From an uncultured Gammaproteobacteria bacterium (GTDB taxonomy: Bacteria > Patescibacteriota > Microgenomatia > Daviesbacterales > UBA10151): 64,000 nucleotides of DNA. Position numbers and translations under genes: made by a program. The stretch is from NCBI GenBank assembly GCA_964551605.1, contig CAZKCV010000001.1, forward strand, positions 61,992 through 125,991, given 5' to 3'. Below are positions 9,219 to 17,380 of the stretch, one piece after another. A model generated the notes under the pieces. That model was not told the origin of the DNA and searched no databases. It worked only from the letters and a program-made list of their open reading frames with translations. Numbering within the stretch: the stretch's first letter is position 1; the number at the start of each line of letters is the position of its first letter.

Positions 9219-9713
9219 TCAACCTCTAACATTATCGGATTCAATAACCATCACCCAGTCCTCTATCCCGACTTGCTTAATAAAATCTCTTAGTAATCTC
9301 GTGCAATTGATTTTTGAAGCCCAGATGCTTTGCTGCCACTGTTTAAAGCCTAACTGTTTAAGTTTAAACCTCAAAAGATCTCTAGCTTGTCTTCTCTTCT
9401 CTGGAATATCCCACACCACCAACCTCCATTTCCCATCCCATTTTTCATCTCCACTTCTCATTTTGGCCCACAATGCTCTATCTTTACCTGAATCTGTTAA
9501 TCGCAAAAATAACTCTTCATCGCTGACAAATTCAACAAAACCCTTTTCTCTTAAGCGTTTAACCACTTGAGAAAGAACTGACTTTTTAACAGGTCTTTCC
9601 AATAAAGGATTGTAAATAAAATCTTCAAATACTACATATCCATCGATTGATTTCTCTAAAGCTAGCAGAACTAAATCCGTCAAAAACTTACGCTTGCTGG
9701 GAGGCCTTGGCAT
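9219..9713 (-). CDS. PaaX-like transcriptional regulator (short form: wHTH + PaaX middle-domain motif)
   Basis: WDGKWRLVVWDIPEKRRQARDLLRFKLKQLGFKQWQQSIWAS resembles the PaaX WDGKW...PE...R segment. A paralogue lies at 51999-52499. Confidence 0.6.
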   Translation of the reverse strand: MPRPPSKRKFLTDLVLLALEKSIDGYVVFEDFIYNPLLERPVKKSVLSQVVKRLREKGFVEFVSDEELFLRLTDSGKDRALWAKMRSGDEKWDGKWRLVVWDIPEKRRQARDLLRFKLKQLGFKQWQQSIWASKINCTRLLRDFIKQVGIEDWVMVIESDNVRG

Positions 9714-9720
9714 CTTATCA

Positions 9721-9749
9721 CAAATGTACCACGGTCGGAGGATATTTGT
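9721..9749. promoter_or_regulatory. direct-repeat copy 2 (operator-like) immediately upstream of the PaaX-like start
   Basis: caaatgtaccacggtcggaggatatttgt matches 9189-9217 at about 27 of 29 positions. Confidence 0.5.
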
Positions 9750-9795
9750 ACAGAAACCAATTACTTGTACAATTCTTTCTTCGCCAACTTTAAAT

Positions 9796-9804
9796 TGGTA
9801 TAAT
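9796..9804 (+). promoter_or_regulatory. extended -10 promoter (TGgTATAAT) for tRNA-Leu
   Basis: tggtataat lies 18 nt upstream of the tRNA 5' end. No good -35 element. Confidence 0.55.
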
Positions 9805-9821
9805 ACCCCAAGTACTTAAAA

Positions 9822-9905
9822 GCCGGGGTGGCGGAATGGCAGACGCGAAGGTCTCAAAAACCTTTGGTCCTAAAGATCATGAGGGTTCGACTCCCTCCCC
9901 CGGCA
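9822..9905 (+). tRNA. tRNA-Leu(CAA), class II with long variable arm
   Basis: Acceptor GCCGGGG/CCCCGGC. Anticodon stem AAGGT/ACCTT with loop CTCAAAA (anticodon CAA). Long variable arm. T-arm GAGGG-TTCGACT-CCCTC. Discriminator A. No encoded CCA. Confidence 0.85.
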
Positions 9906-9907
9906 CA

Positions 9908-11266
9908 CTATGCAGCTGCAGCCAATTCTTTAGATTCTTCCTTAGGTTTACCCCTGGTTTTTTCCATACCATAGAATTTAGTCCTATCAGCCCTGAAAAC
10001 CAGGTTTATCTCCCCTGTTGGACCATTTCTGTGTTTTTGAATATCTAATATCACCTGTTCCGGGTGCTCCGGATCTTCCCGCCAGATAAACATCACTACA
10101 TCAGCATCCTGTTCAATTGCTCCCGACTCCCGAAGGTCGGCCAGCTGCGGCTTTTTTATCCCTCTTTGCTCTACTGCCCGGGATAGTTGTGAAATGGCCA
10201 GGACCGGAATTTTTAACTCCCTGGCCAAATTTTTTAAATTCTGGGAGATTTCCGAAACCTCCTGAACCCTGTTATCCAAGTTTCTCCCTTTTATAAGCTG
10301 CAGATAATCTACAATTAAGAATTTCAAACCATGTTCAATTTGTAACCTTCTGGCCTTTGTCCTCATCTCGGAAATGGTAATCCCCGGGGTATCATCTATA
10401 AAAATGGGGGCCTCTGCCAGCTCTCCCATGGCCAGGGACAGCTTATCAAAATCCTTTTCATCAAGCCTCCCGGTTTTTAACTTCCAGGCATCTATGTCAG
10501 CCTGCCCCACCAATAACCTGTCTACCAGTTCTTCCTGGCTCATTTCCAGAGAAAAAATCCCCACCGGCAGTCCGGCAGTAACCGCTACATATTGGGCAAT
10601 ATTTAATGCCATGGAAGTTTTACCCTGGCCGGGGCGGGAAGCCAGGATTATCAAATTGGAATTCTGCATGCCGGCTAATTTATTATCCAAATCCCTAAAA
10701 CCTGTCGGTACACCGCGCAATTTTCCGGAAGATTTTTGTAACTCATCCAGCCTGTCGAAGGATTCAGTCAAGGCATCTTTAATCGGCAAAAAATCCCGGC
10801 TGACATGTTCCTGTGAGATAGAAAAGATACCTGCTTCAGCAGATTCCAGCAGTTCTTCAACGGATTCTCCTTCATCATACGCCCGTTGTATCAAAGCAGT
10901 GGCCTGGGCAATTAAACTCCTCCTGACGGCATGGTCTTTAACAATCCTGGCATAATGTTCAATATGGGCCGAGGTAGGAACAATATTAATTAAGGAGGTT
11001 AAATATGCGGACCCGCCGACTTTGTCATAAACGCTTTTTCTCTTAAGCTCTTCTGTTACGGTAACCAAATCTATCGGTTCCCGCCTTTCAAACAAGCTCT
11101 GAATGGCTTCATAAATAAAACCATGCTGTTCTGAGCGGTAAAAGTAAGTCGGGTGCAGTATTTCCGAAATCCGGACTATTGCATCTTTGTCAATCAGAAG
11201 CGCCCCCAAAAGGGATTGCTCAGCATCAATGTTTTGTGGAGGAAGTTTTGTTATTGGCTGCGCCAT
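9908..11266 (-). CDS. dnaB: replicative DNA helicase DnaB
   Basis: Walker A in LIILASRPGQGKTSMALNIAQ. DnaB N-terminal domain present. 452 aa with no intein. Convergent with the tRNA-Leu gene, 2-bp gap. Confidence 0.9.
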   Translation of the reverse strand: MAQPITKLPPQNIDAEQSLLGALLIDKDAIVRISEILHPTYFYRSEQHGFIYEAIQSLFERREPIDLVTVTEELKRKSVYDKVGGSAYLTSLINIVPTSAHIEHYARIVKDHAVRRSLIAQATALIQRAYDEGESVEELLESAEAGIFSISQEHVSRDFLPIKDALTESFDRLDELQKSSGKLRGVPTGFRDLDNKLAGMQNSNLIILASRPGQGKTSMALNIAQYVAVTAGLPVGIFSLEMSQEELVDRLLVGQADIDAWKLKTGRLDEKDFDKLSLAMGELAEAPIFIDDTPGITISEMRTKARRLQIEHGLKFLIVDYLQLIKGRNLDNRVQEVSEISQNLKNLARELKIPVLAISQLSRAVEQRGIKKPQLADLRESGAIEQDADVVMFIWREDPEHPEQVILDIQKHRNGPTGEINLVFRADRTKFYGMEKTRGKPKEESKELAAAA

Positions 11267-11385
11267 AATTCGGTTATCGGTTTTCTGTTTTCAGTTTTCG
11301 GATGAAAGTTGGCCGGTTTTCAGTTAACCGGTTAACAGACAACTGAAAAACCTGAATCTGATAACCGACAACTGAGAACTGATAA
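11267..11385. repeat. complex nested palindromes upstream of dnaB
   Basis: GGTTTTCAGTT-AACCGGTTAAC-AGACAACTGAAAAACC inverted repeat. ATCGGTTATCGGTT is paired with GATAACCGACAAC. gttttcag occurs three times. Confidence 0.55.
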
Positions 11386-12042
11386 CTAACTCTTCCCTAA
11401 CACCACCACCTGTGGCTCTTCCGGCAGCTTCTCTTTTGTAATCGATAACTTCGGGACCGGAACCACCCCTTCAGCTCCCATCTCTTTTAAGAAATTCTCC
11501 ACCCCTTCCAGATCAAATTTTAATCCGTCTATTTTATAGTGCATGGGGATGATAATTTTCGGTTCCAGCTGGGCGACAATTTCCGAGGCCACTTTGGCAT
11601 CAATGGTATAAACCGAGCCCACCGGAATTAAAAGAATATCTGTCTGGCCGATCTGGGCCACCTGTTCTTCTGTTAATTTTGTCTGTCCTAAATCTCCTAA
11701 ATGCACAATGTCTAATCCGTCAAAAAGTATATGAAAAATAGTATTGGCTCCGCGCTCGCTTCCCTCTGAATTATCATGGAATGAGTTAATGCCGGTTACT
11801 ACCACTCCGGCTACTTCATACTCCCCGGGCCTTGAAAAAACCATCGGCCGGCTGCCTTGGGCGCTAACAACCGGAGAACTAAAATTATGATCTTCATGCT
11901 CATGGGAAGTCAACACCATATCGGCCTGCAGATCTTTAGGGAGTTTAAGTCCGGTAAATTCCGGGCTGAATGGATCTATAATGACAGCGGCATTTTTACC
12001 CTTTATCTTAAAGCATGCTTGTCCATACCAATAAATATCCAT
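11386..12042 (-). CDS. MBL-fold metal-dependent hydrolase (UPF0173-like)
   Basis: N-terminal MDIYWYGQACFKIKGK and HEHEDH metal-binding motif. Start moved to the internal ATG at 12042. Confidence 0.8.
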   Translation of the reverse strand: MDIYWYGQACFKIKGKNAAVIIDPFSPEFTGLKLPKDLQADMVLTSHEHEDHNFSSPVVSAQGSRPMVFSRPGEYEVAGVVVTGINSFHDNSEGSERGANTIFHILFDGLDIVHLGDLGQTKLTEEQVAQIGQTDILLIPVGSVYTIDAKVASEIVAQLEPKIIIPMHYKIDGLKFDLEGVENFLKEMGAEGVVPVPKLSITKEKLPEEPQVVVLGKS

Positions 12043-12093
12043 CGCGAAAGATATTAGCAAAAACTTCAAATCCAAACAACCCCTCAAATCAAT

Positions 12094-12546
12094 ATGCTAA
12101 AATGTTGTCAGATGAAGTTAACCAGGAAATTATCCAAAAAGGTCTTTTTTATTTCCCAGCTTTTAATTCTGATTTTCGGTTTAATATTCATAGGCGGGCT
12201 TTATTATATTCTAAATATCCAGTATGAAGAGCCAAACAGGCCTTTTTTAGCCGGGCCCGTAACTACCCCTCCCAAAAGCCTGCGCTTGGATCTGGACCAG
12301 CCTGAACCGGATATTCTATCTTACAGTCCGTCAATTATTGTTTCCGGCAAAACCGGACCCTCCCGGGAAGTTTTAATTTTTACCGATACCGATGATCTGG
12401 TAATAAAATCCAAAGCCGACGGCTCCTTTTCCACTGTCTTAAACTTGGATGAAGGAGTAAATAAAATTACTGCCGTGGTTTTTGATGCAACCGGCGATTT
12501 CCGGTCAGCCGAAAGGATAGTTTATTATTCTAAGGAGAAAATATGA
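12094..12546 (+). CDS. hypothetical membrane-anchored protein (possible leaderless start at the ATG at 12112)
   Basis: N-terminal TM helix plus a beta-rich extracytoplasmic region. A TGcTAAAAT extended -10 at 12095-12103 sits immediately before the ATG at 12112. Confidence 0.4.
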   Translation: MLKCCQMKLTRKLSKKVFFISQLLILIFGLIFIGGLYYILNIQYEEPNRPFLAGPVTTPPKSLRLDLDQPEPDILSYSPSIIVSGKTGPSREVLIFTDTDDLVIKSKADGSFSTVLNLDEGVNKITAVVFDATGDFRSAERIVYYSKEKI

Positions 12547-13319
12547 AAAGCGTCAAGGGGAAAGCGTCAAGGGGAAAGGTAATAATTTTAACTATACTAT
12601 TATTATTTTTAATTCTTCACCCTTCACCCTTCACCCTTCACCCTATTTTAGCTGCCGAAGGCAGCCCATCAGCCGAGATCAAATCCAAACTCGAGGAGCT
12701 AAAGAGAGATATTGCCTCAAAGGCCGCTAAATTAAAACAAGAGGTAAACCGCAAACTAAAAGATAAAGCTTATGTCGGAACTATTCAGGCCAAGTCAGAT
12801 ACTTCCTTAACCCTGGCAACTGCATCCGGCCCGAAAATGGTCAGTTTTAATGAGGATACAATTTTTGAAAACAAGAAAGGAGTCACCTCCAAAACTCAAA
12901 GATCCATAGTCACTGCCAAATCTCTAACCCAGGATGACTATATTGCCGCTTTAGGAGACAGCGATGAAACAGGGGTGCTGCTGACCAGAAAAATTATATT
13001 ACTGCCAACTCCGGACTCTGAACTCAAAACTTATTTATGGGGCCAGGTAGTCTCGCGTTCAGATAATTTGGTGAATATAAAAGATAAGGGTTCCGAAAAC
13101 ATTGCTGCCAGCTTGCCTGAACCCCCTAAGATCAGCTTAAATGACATTGTGATATTAACCGGCAGTAAAAATGAAGAGGAAATCTTTGAAGCAGAATTTG
13201 TTCATGTCATTCCCCAAAGCGGAATGATTAAGCCAAAAAAAATTGCTACTCCCTCTGCCAGAATCGCCAGTCCCTCTGCTGAGCAAAGCTCGCGGACTTC
13301 GCCCACTAAACCCCGTTAG
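12543..13319 (+). CDS. hypothetical secreted protein with tandem-repeat-encoded N-terminus
   Basis: Signal-peptide-like N-terminus. The DNA carries (aaagcgtcaagggg)x2 at 12547-12574 and (caccctt)x4 at 12618-12645 inside the 5' end of the CDS. Confidence 0.4.
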   Translation: MKSVKGKASRGKVIILTILLLFLILHPSPFTLHPILAAEGSPSAEIKSKLEELKRDIASKAAKLKQEVNRKLKDKAYVGTIQAKSDTSLTLATASGPKMVSFNEDTIFENKKGVTSKTQRSIVTAKSLTQDDYIAALGDSDETGVLLTRKIILLPTPDSELKTYLWGQVVSRSDNLVNIKDKGSENIAASLPEPPKISLNDIVILTGSKNEEEIFEAEFVHVIPQSGMIKPKKIATPSARIASPSAEQSSRTSPTKPR

Positions 13320-14023
13320 CTAAAATCTTCTTTGCCATTGGTTAAAAATTCCTCTGCCTCTGATTTATCTTTGACAACGTCAACAGCCCGCCAAAATCCT
13401 TCATCCTTAAACCCCAAAAATTTCTCCTTGGGGATTTTGGGAAAGGTTTCCTTTTCATGATCCCCCTTCTCAGGCAAAAGAGGCTCAACATCTTTGTTAA
13501 AAAGATAAATTCCCCCGTTTATCCAATAAGGCAGTTTGGGTTTTTCTTCAAAACCGGTAATATGGTCGTCTTCGTCAACCTTTACCACACCCCATCTGGA
13601 AATATAAGGCACCAGGAGCAGGCTGACTAAGGCTTGCTGATCCAGATGTTTTTTGATCATGTCAGATAGATTTAATTTGGTGATAATGTCACCGTTACAA
13701 ACCACCACATCTGTTTCACCGATAATAAGAGGGCTCTGAAAAGCTTTCTTGATTCCCCCACCCCTACCTAAAGGGGTTTCTTCAATGGAATAATCAACTT
13801 CTATTCCGAATTTTGAGCCGTCCCCGAAATATTCCTGAACAACGTGATACATATAACTGACTGTTAAAACAAATTTGGTAATTCCGTGGGATTTAAGCCA
13901 TTCTATCTGCCAGGCTAAAATGGGCTTGCCGTTAATTTCCACCATCACCTTGGGCCTGTCATTGGTGTAAGGCCGGAGCCTCTCCCCCTTCCCCCCTGCC
14001 AAAATTATTGCCGTCTTAACCAT
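13316..14023 (-). CDS. sugar-phosphate nucleotidyltransferase (NTP_transferase family)
   Basis: MVKTAIILAGGKGERLRPYTNDRPKVMVEINGKPIL has the G-x-G-x-R-L motif. Start moved to the ATG at 14023. Confidence 0.75.
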   Translation of the reverse strand: MVKTAIILAGGKGERLRPYTNDRPKVMVEINGKPILAWQIEWLKSHGITKFVLTVSYMYHVVQEYFGDGSKFGIEVDYSIEETPLGRGGGIKKAFQSPLIIGETDVVVCNGDIITKLNLSDMIKKHLDQQALVSLLLVPYISRWGVVKVDEDDHITGFEEKPKLPYWINGGIYLFNKDVEPLLPEKGDHEKETFPKIPKEKFLGFKDEGFWRAVDVVKDKSEAEEFLTNGKEDFS

Positions 14024-14109
14024 AAGTAGATATATACCATAAACAAAAATTCTGAAAAAGTCCAGCATTTTAGTTTGCAAATAGAAGGTCCTGAGACTAA
14101 AATTCCTAT

Positions 14110-14637
14110 ATGAGTGATAGAGATGTAGCTAATTCTCCAAATGCCGGCGTAATCAATATGGCAAATACGAACTCTCGTACCCGGGCCAGGTCATTTAACA
14201 TCAGGAAAGTGCCTACCCATAATTATGCTCAATATGTCCGAACCGTAAAAGCCTATGCCCTGGCCGGCATGACTTTTGAAGATATTGCCAATGCCGGAGA
14301 TTTTCTGGAAGATGAAGTGGAAAGATTAGAAATTGATGCTCCGCTTCAACAGGACTGGAAAAATATGGCCGGAGAAGTAGCAGAAGATGAAAGCAAGATA
14401 TTAGCCTGGCAAGCCAGGGGGGAAACAGTTTCCATTACTGACCAACTATCTTCTCCGGCCGGCAATACAGGTAAAGAAGTTATGATAATCTCCAAAGACC
14501 TGGTCACTGTTGAACAAAATACAGAACAAACTATAGAGGTTATAGAAGGAATAAAAGTGTCGCTGGAGGTGGATTCACAGTTAGAAAATAATCCCTACCT
14601 TCAATCAATTGTGGGAGATCTCAAAAAAGCAGCTTAA
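14110..14637 (+). CDS. hypothetical acidic protein
   Basis: ORF only. No recognisable motif. Confidence 0.35.
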   Translation: MSDRDVANSPNAGVINMANTNSRTRARSFNIRKVPTHNYAQYVRTVKAYALAGMTFEDIANAGDFLEDEVERLEIDAPLQQDWKNMAGEVAEDESKILAWQARGETVSITDQLSSPAGNTGKEVMIISKDLVTVEQNTEQTIEVIEGIKVSLEVDSQLENNPYLQSIVGDLKKAA

Positions 14638-14667
14638 TTATGTTGGACATGCCTTGGACACCCAGGA

Positions 14668-14701
14668 CACCCTAGGGGTGGGTGTAGGTTGCCACCCCAG
14701 G
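14668..14701. repeat. 34-bp CTAG-palindrome dispersed repeat, copy B
   Basis: caccctaggggtgggtgtaggttgccaccccagg, with a partial extra ggacacccagg immediately upstream. Confidence 0.7.
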
Positions 14702-14724
14702 TAATTTATTAACCGATAGTAAAT

Positions 14725-14752
14725 TTGACAACAGAAATTTTTGTGGTATACT
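14725..14752 (+). promoter_or_regulatory. sigma-70-type promoter TTGACA-16-TGgTATACT driving the leader RNA
   Basis: ttgaca at 14725-14730. Extended -10 tggtatact at 14744-14752. Confidence 0.6.
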
Positions 14753-14758
14753 GTATTT

Positions 14759-14940
14759 ACAACTTAATAACCAAAGACGTTTGTACCGAAGTCACGACTC
14801 GGGAGTCGAGAGCCAAATACTCTACGGAAGTTTAACCGTTAAATGAAACAGACGATGTTGGAAAACCAAAGTCGCCACTAAGAGTCATGAACCGTAATGG
14901 TTCGTGGAAACAGGATGGGACCGCGGGAGGTCCTTTTTTT
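14759..14940 (+). ncRNA. candidate T-box riboswitch leader (tRNA-His type) ending in an intrinsic terminator
   Basis: GGATGGGACCGCGG at 14913-14926 matches the T-box core GGGTGGNACCGCGG at 12 of 14. The variable N is G, complementary to discriminator C73 of tRNA-His. The motif overlaps the 5' arm of the terminator hairpin. hisS lies downstream. Confidence 0.4.
14917..14940 (+). terminator. intrinsic terminator (GGGACC-gcgggag-GGTCC + T7)
   Basis: A 5-6 bp GC stem followed by a run of 7 T. Confidence 0.55.
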
Positions 14941-15090
14941 GAGCTCATGAGTATGAGCGCAGTCGAATACCTTCCGTTCCTTGTTCACTATTTGTCATCC
15001 CGGACTTGATCACACGTGTCAAGAGCCAACGGGATCCATACAGATAATGGGCAAAGAACGGGAGGTTTTTTTGTGGTTAGAAAGGAAGAT

Positions 15091-15756
15091 ATGAAATTAA
15101 ATAAATATTTAATAGCAGATGGTAATTCTACCCTTCTAGTTAAGAGTTATAAGTCTTGTGAGAAAGAAACAATCATTAGAAAATACCTGGGAGAGGTTGA
15201 ACAAATAGGATTTATTTCCTATCCAAGGGGAATCCCCAAACTTTTGATGATGGGGAACGAATTAAGTATTAATGCAACTCTTGCTCTGGCTGCAATGCTA
15301 TCCAATAAATCCGGAAGACTACTATCAAGTGGTTATAAAGGATTTGTACAATATGAGAACCAGAAACAATACACGAAAATACGACTAAGCATTGCATACG
15401 AAAAATTCGACAATACCGCGCTCTTAAATGGCATTGGATATGTATTTCTAAAGAGAAATAAACAAATAAACAAAAATTATTTATCCGGCTTATGTTCCAA
15501 ATATAATCTTCCTGCTTTTGGGGCAATTTTCTATAAGAAAAATCGACTAATTCCCTATGTGTATGTCAAACAAACAAATTCCTTATTTAAAGAAACTGCT
15601 TGTGGTTCAGCTAGCATTGTCCTAAACATCTTGACTGGAAAAAAATTTATCACTCAACCAACTGGAGAAATCATTACTGTAGAAAAAAACGGAAATGATT
15701 TTACAATTTCAGCAGAAATAACCAAAAAAATAACGGGAGGTTTTTTAAAACTATGA
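15091..15756 (+). CDS. DapF/PhzF-fold protein (diaminopimelate-epimerase-like) lacking the first catalytic Cys
   Basis: YLIADGNSTLLVK resembles the DapF GNDFVVV start. ELSINATLALAAML occupies the EMCGNGxRCxA site but with Ser in place of Cys. KETACGSASIV matches the second-Cys block GETLACGTGA. SD aaaggaag precedes the ATG at 15091. Confidence 0.4.
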   Translation: MKLNKYLIADGNSTLLVKSYKSCEKETIIRKYLGEVEQIGFISYPRGIPKLLMMGNELSINATLALAAMLSNKSGRLLSSGYKGFVQYENQKQYTKIRLSIAYEKFDNTALLNGIGYVFLKRNKQINKNYLSGLCSKYNLPAFGAIFYKKNRLIPYVYVKQTNSLFKETACGSASIVLNILTGKKFITQPTGEIITVEKNGNDFTISAEITKKITGGFLKL

Positions 15757-16124
15757 CAGAAAGACAGTTTGATATTGCAAAAGTAAATTTCGAATCATTC
15801 AGAAACCTGACTGAAGATATCGTCACAGCCATTATCTTTGATGATGACACCAAAGAGCATTTAATGGTGGGATTTATGAATAGAACAGCTTTAGAAATGA
15901 CTTTGGAACGGAGAAAAGTTGTATTCTACTCGCGTAGTCGCAAAGCATTATGGTTCAAAGGTGATACTTCTGGGAACCGATTCTTATTAAGAAGAATTGT
16001 ACCAGATTGTGACGGGGATGCTTTAGATATATACGTAGAACCATTAGGCCCAGCCTGTCATACAGGTATGAGAACATGCTTTATTGAACCACCTTCTATT
16101 GAAGAAGGTAAAGAAAGGATATAA
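15753..16124 (+). CDS. hisI: phosphoribosyl-AMP cyclohydrolase (HisI, PRA-CH domain only)
   Basis: LMVGFMNRTALEMTLERRKVVFYSRSRKALWFKGDTSGN, DCDGDALD and GPACHTG..TCF align closely with E. coli HisI. ATGA overlap with the upstream gene. SD gggagg. Confidence 0.85.
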   Translation: MTERQFDIAKVNFESFRNLTEDIVTAIIFDDDTKEHLMVGFMNRTALEMTLERRKVVFYSRSRKALWFKGDTSGNRFLLRRIVPDCDGDALDIYVEPLGPACHTGMRTCFIEPPSIEEGKERI

Positions 16125-16131
16125 TAAATAA

Positions 16132-17376
16132 ATGATTAAAGCACAAACATTAAAAGGATTTCGGGATTTTTTACCGGGTGAAGCCCGCAAGCGTCAGTAT
16201 GTCATAAATAAGTTAAAAGGAGTTTTTGAGTCCTTTGGGTTTGAACCTCTGGAAACTCCGGCTCTGGAATATGAAGAAGTGCTTCTCGGAAAATACGGAG
16301 AAGAAGGCGATAAACTAATGTACCGTTTTACAGATAACGGTGGTCGTAAAGTGGCTTTAAGATACGACCAAACTGTACCTTTAGCCAGAGTGGCAGCCCA
16401 GTATCAAAACGAGTTGCCAATGCCTTTTAAAAGATATCAAATCCAGCCTGTCTGGAGGGCTGAGAATACCCAAAAAGGCCGATTTAGGGAATTTTTGCAG
16501 TGTGATATTGATACAGTTGGCACCACTTCTCCCCTTGCAGATGCAGAAATAATTGCTGCTGCCGCAAAATCTCTACAGGAATTGGGATTTAAGAATTTTA
16601 AGATTATTATTAATGACCGTAATATCTTTGCTCTTCTTTTAAAACGTAAGGCTTTCAGTGAAAAGTCCTTACAAATTATCATAAAAACCATGGATAAATT
16701 GAAAAAGATTGGCCGGGAAGCGGTTTTAGATGAAATGATTGAGAAAGGCATCCCTTCTGAGCAGGCCACTTATGCTATCCAAACTATTGAACAAATGCAG
16801 CCGACTGATAATTTACGGCAGATTTTTGATTTACTGGTAAACCTGGGTGTTGATAAATCCAGATTCGAATTTTCCCCCACTTTAGCCAGAGGCCTGGACT
16901 ATTACACCGGCATGATTTTTGAACTGGAAGTTGAAGGTTATACAGCCGGTTCAGTAGCAGGTGGCGGGAGATTTGATAATCTGATTGGTTTATTTACCGG
17001 CAAGAGTCTTCCGGCAGTAGGTGTAGCTTTTGGATTTGATCGCTTAATCGAGGCCATGGACCAACTTAATCTGTTCCCAAATGATTTAGCCACATCCAAG
17101 GTTCTAATAACGATATTTTCTTCTGAGTTAGAAGAAAAATCTATAGAAATTAGTTCTCGCTTGCGCTCGAACAATATAAACTCTGAACTCTGGCTGGATC
17201 CGGAAACTAAACTGGAAAAACAATTAAAATATGCCGACCAAAAAGGCATCCCTTATGTAATTATCATTGGCCCGGAGGAGGCTGAAGCAAACAAAGTAAC
17301 ATTAAAAAATCTGGAAAGCCAAACCCAGGATAAACTGATTACACTTGACGAAGCTATCCGAAAACTGACATCATAA
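16132..17376 (+). CDS. hisS: histidine--tRNA ligase
   Basis: Class II aaRS motifs in FRDFLPGEARKRQYVINKL, RYDQTVPLARV and GGGRFDNLIG. C-terminal anticodon-binding domain present. Confidence 0.9.
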   Translation: MIKAQTLKGFRDFLPGEARKRQYVINKLKGVFESFGFEPLETPALEYEEVLLGKYGEEGDKLMYRFTDNGGRKVALRYDQTVPLARVAAQYQNELPMPFKRYQIQPVWRAENTQKGRFREFLQCDIDTVGTTSPLADAEIIAAAAKSLQELGFKNFKIIINDRNIFALLLKRKAFSEKSLQIIIKTMDKLKKIGREAVLDEMIEKGIPSEQATYAIQTIEQMQPTDNLRQIFDLLVNLGVDKSRFEFSPTLARGLDYYTGMIFELEVEGYTAGSVAGGGRFDNLIGLFTGKSLPAVGVAFGFDRLIEAMDQLNLFPNDLATSKVLITIFSSELEEKSIEISSRLRSNNINSELWLDPETKLEKQLKYADQKGIPYVIIIGPEEAEANKVTLKNLESQTQDKLITLDEAIRKLTS

Positions 17377-17380
17377 TAGT

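Noticed and set aside
9822-9905. Integrative element at tRNA-Leu (DR-flanked PaaX-like cassette as a mobile island)
   Set aside because: No integrase, recombinase or att-like duplication of the tRNA 3' end is present. The second PaaX-like locus has the same DR architecture with different repeat sequences and no tRNA. Kept only as the alternative hypothesis in the findings.
15016-15090. GTG-initiated N-terminal extension of the DapF-like ORF
   Set aside because: The extension would translate the G-rich/U-run leader element. The ATG at 15091 has a proper SD (aaaggaag), and the extension has no DapF-fold counterpart.
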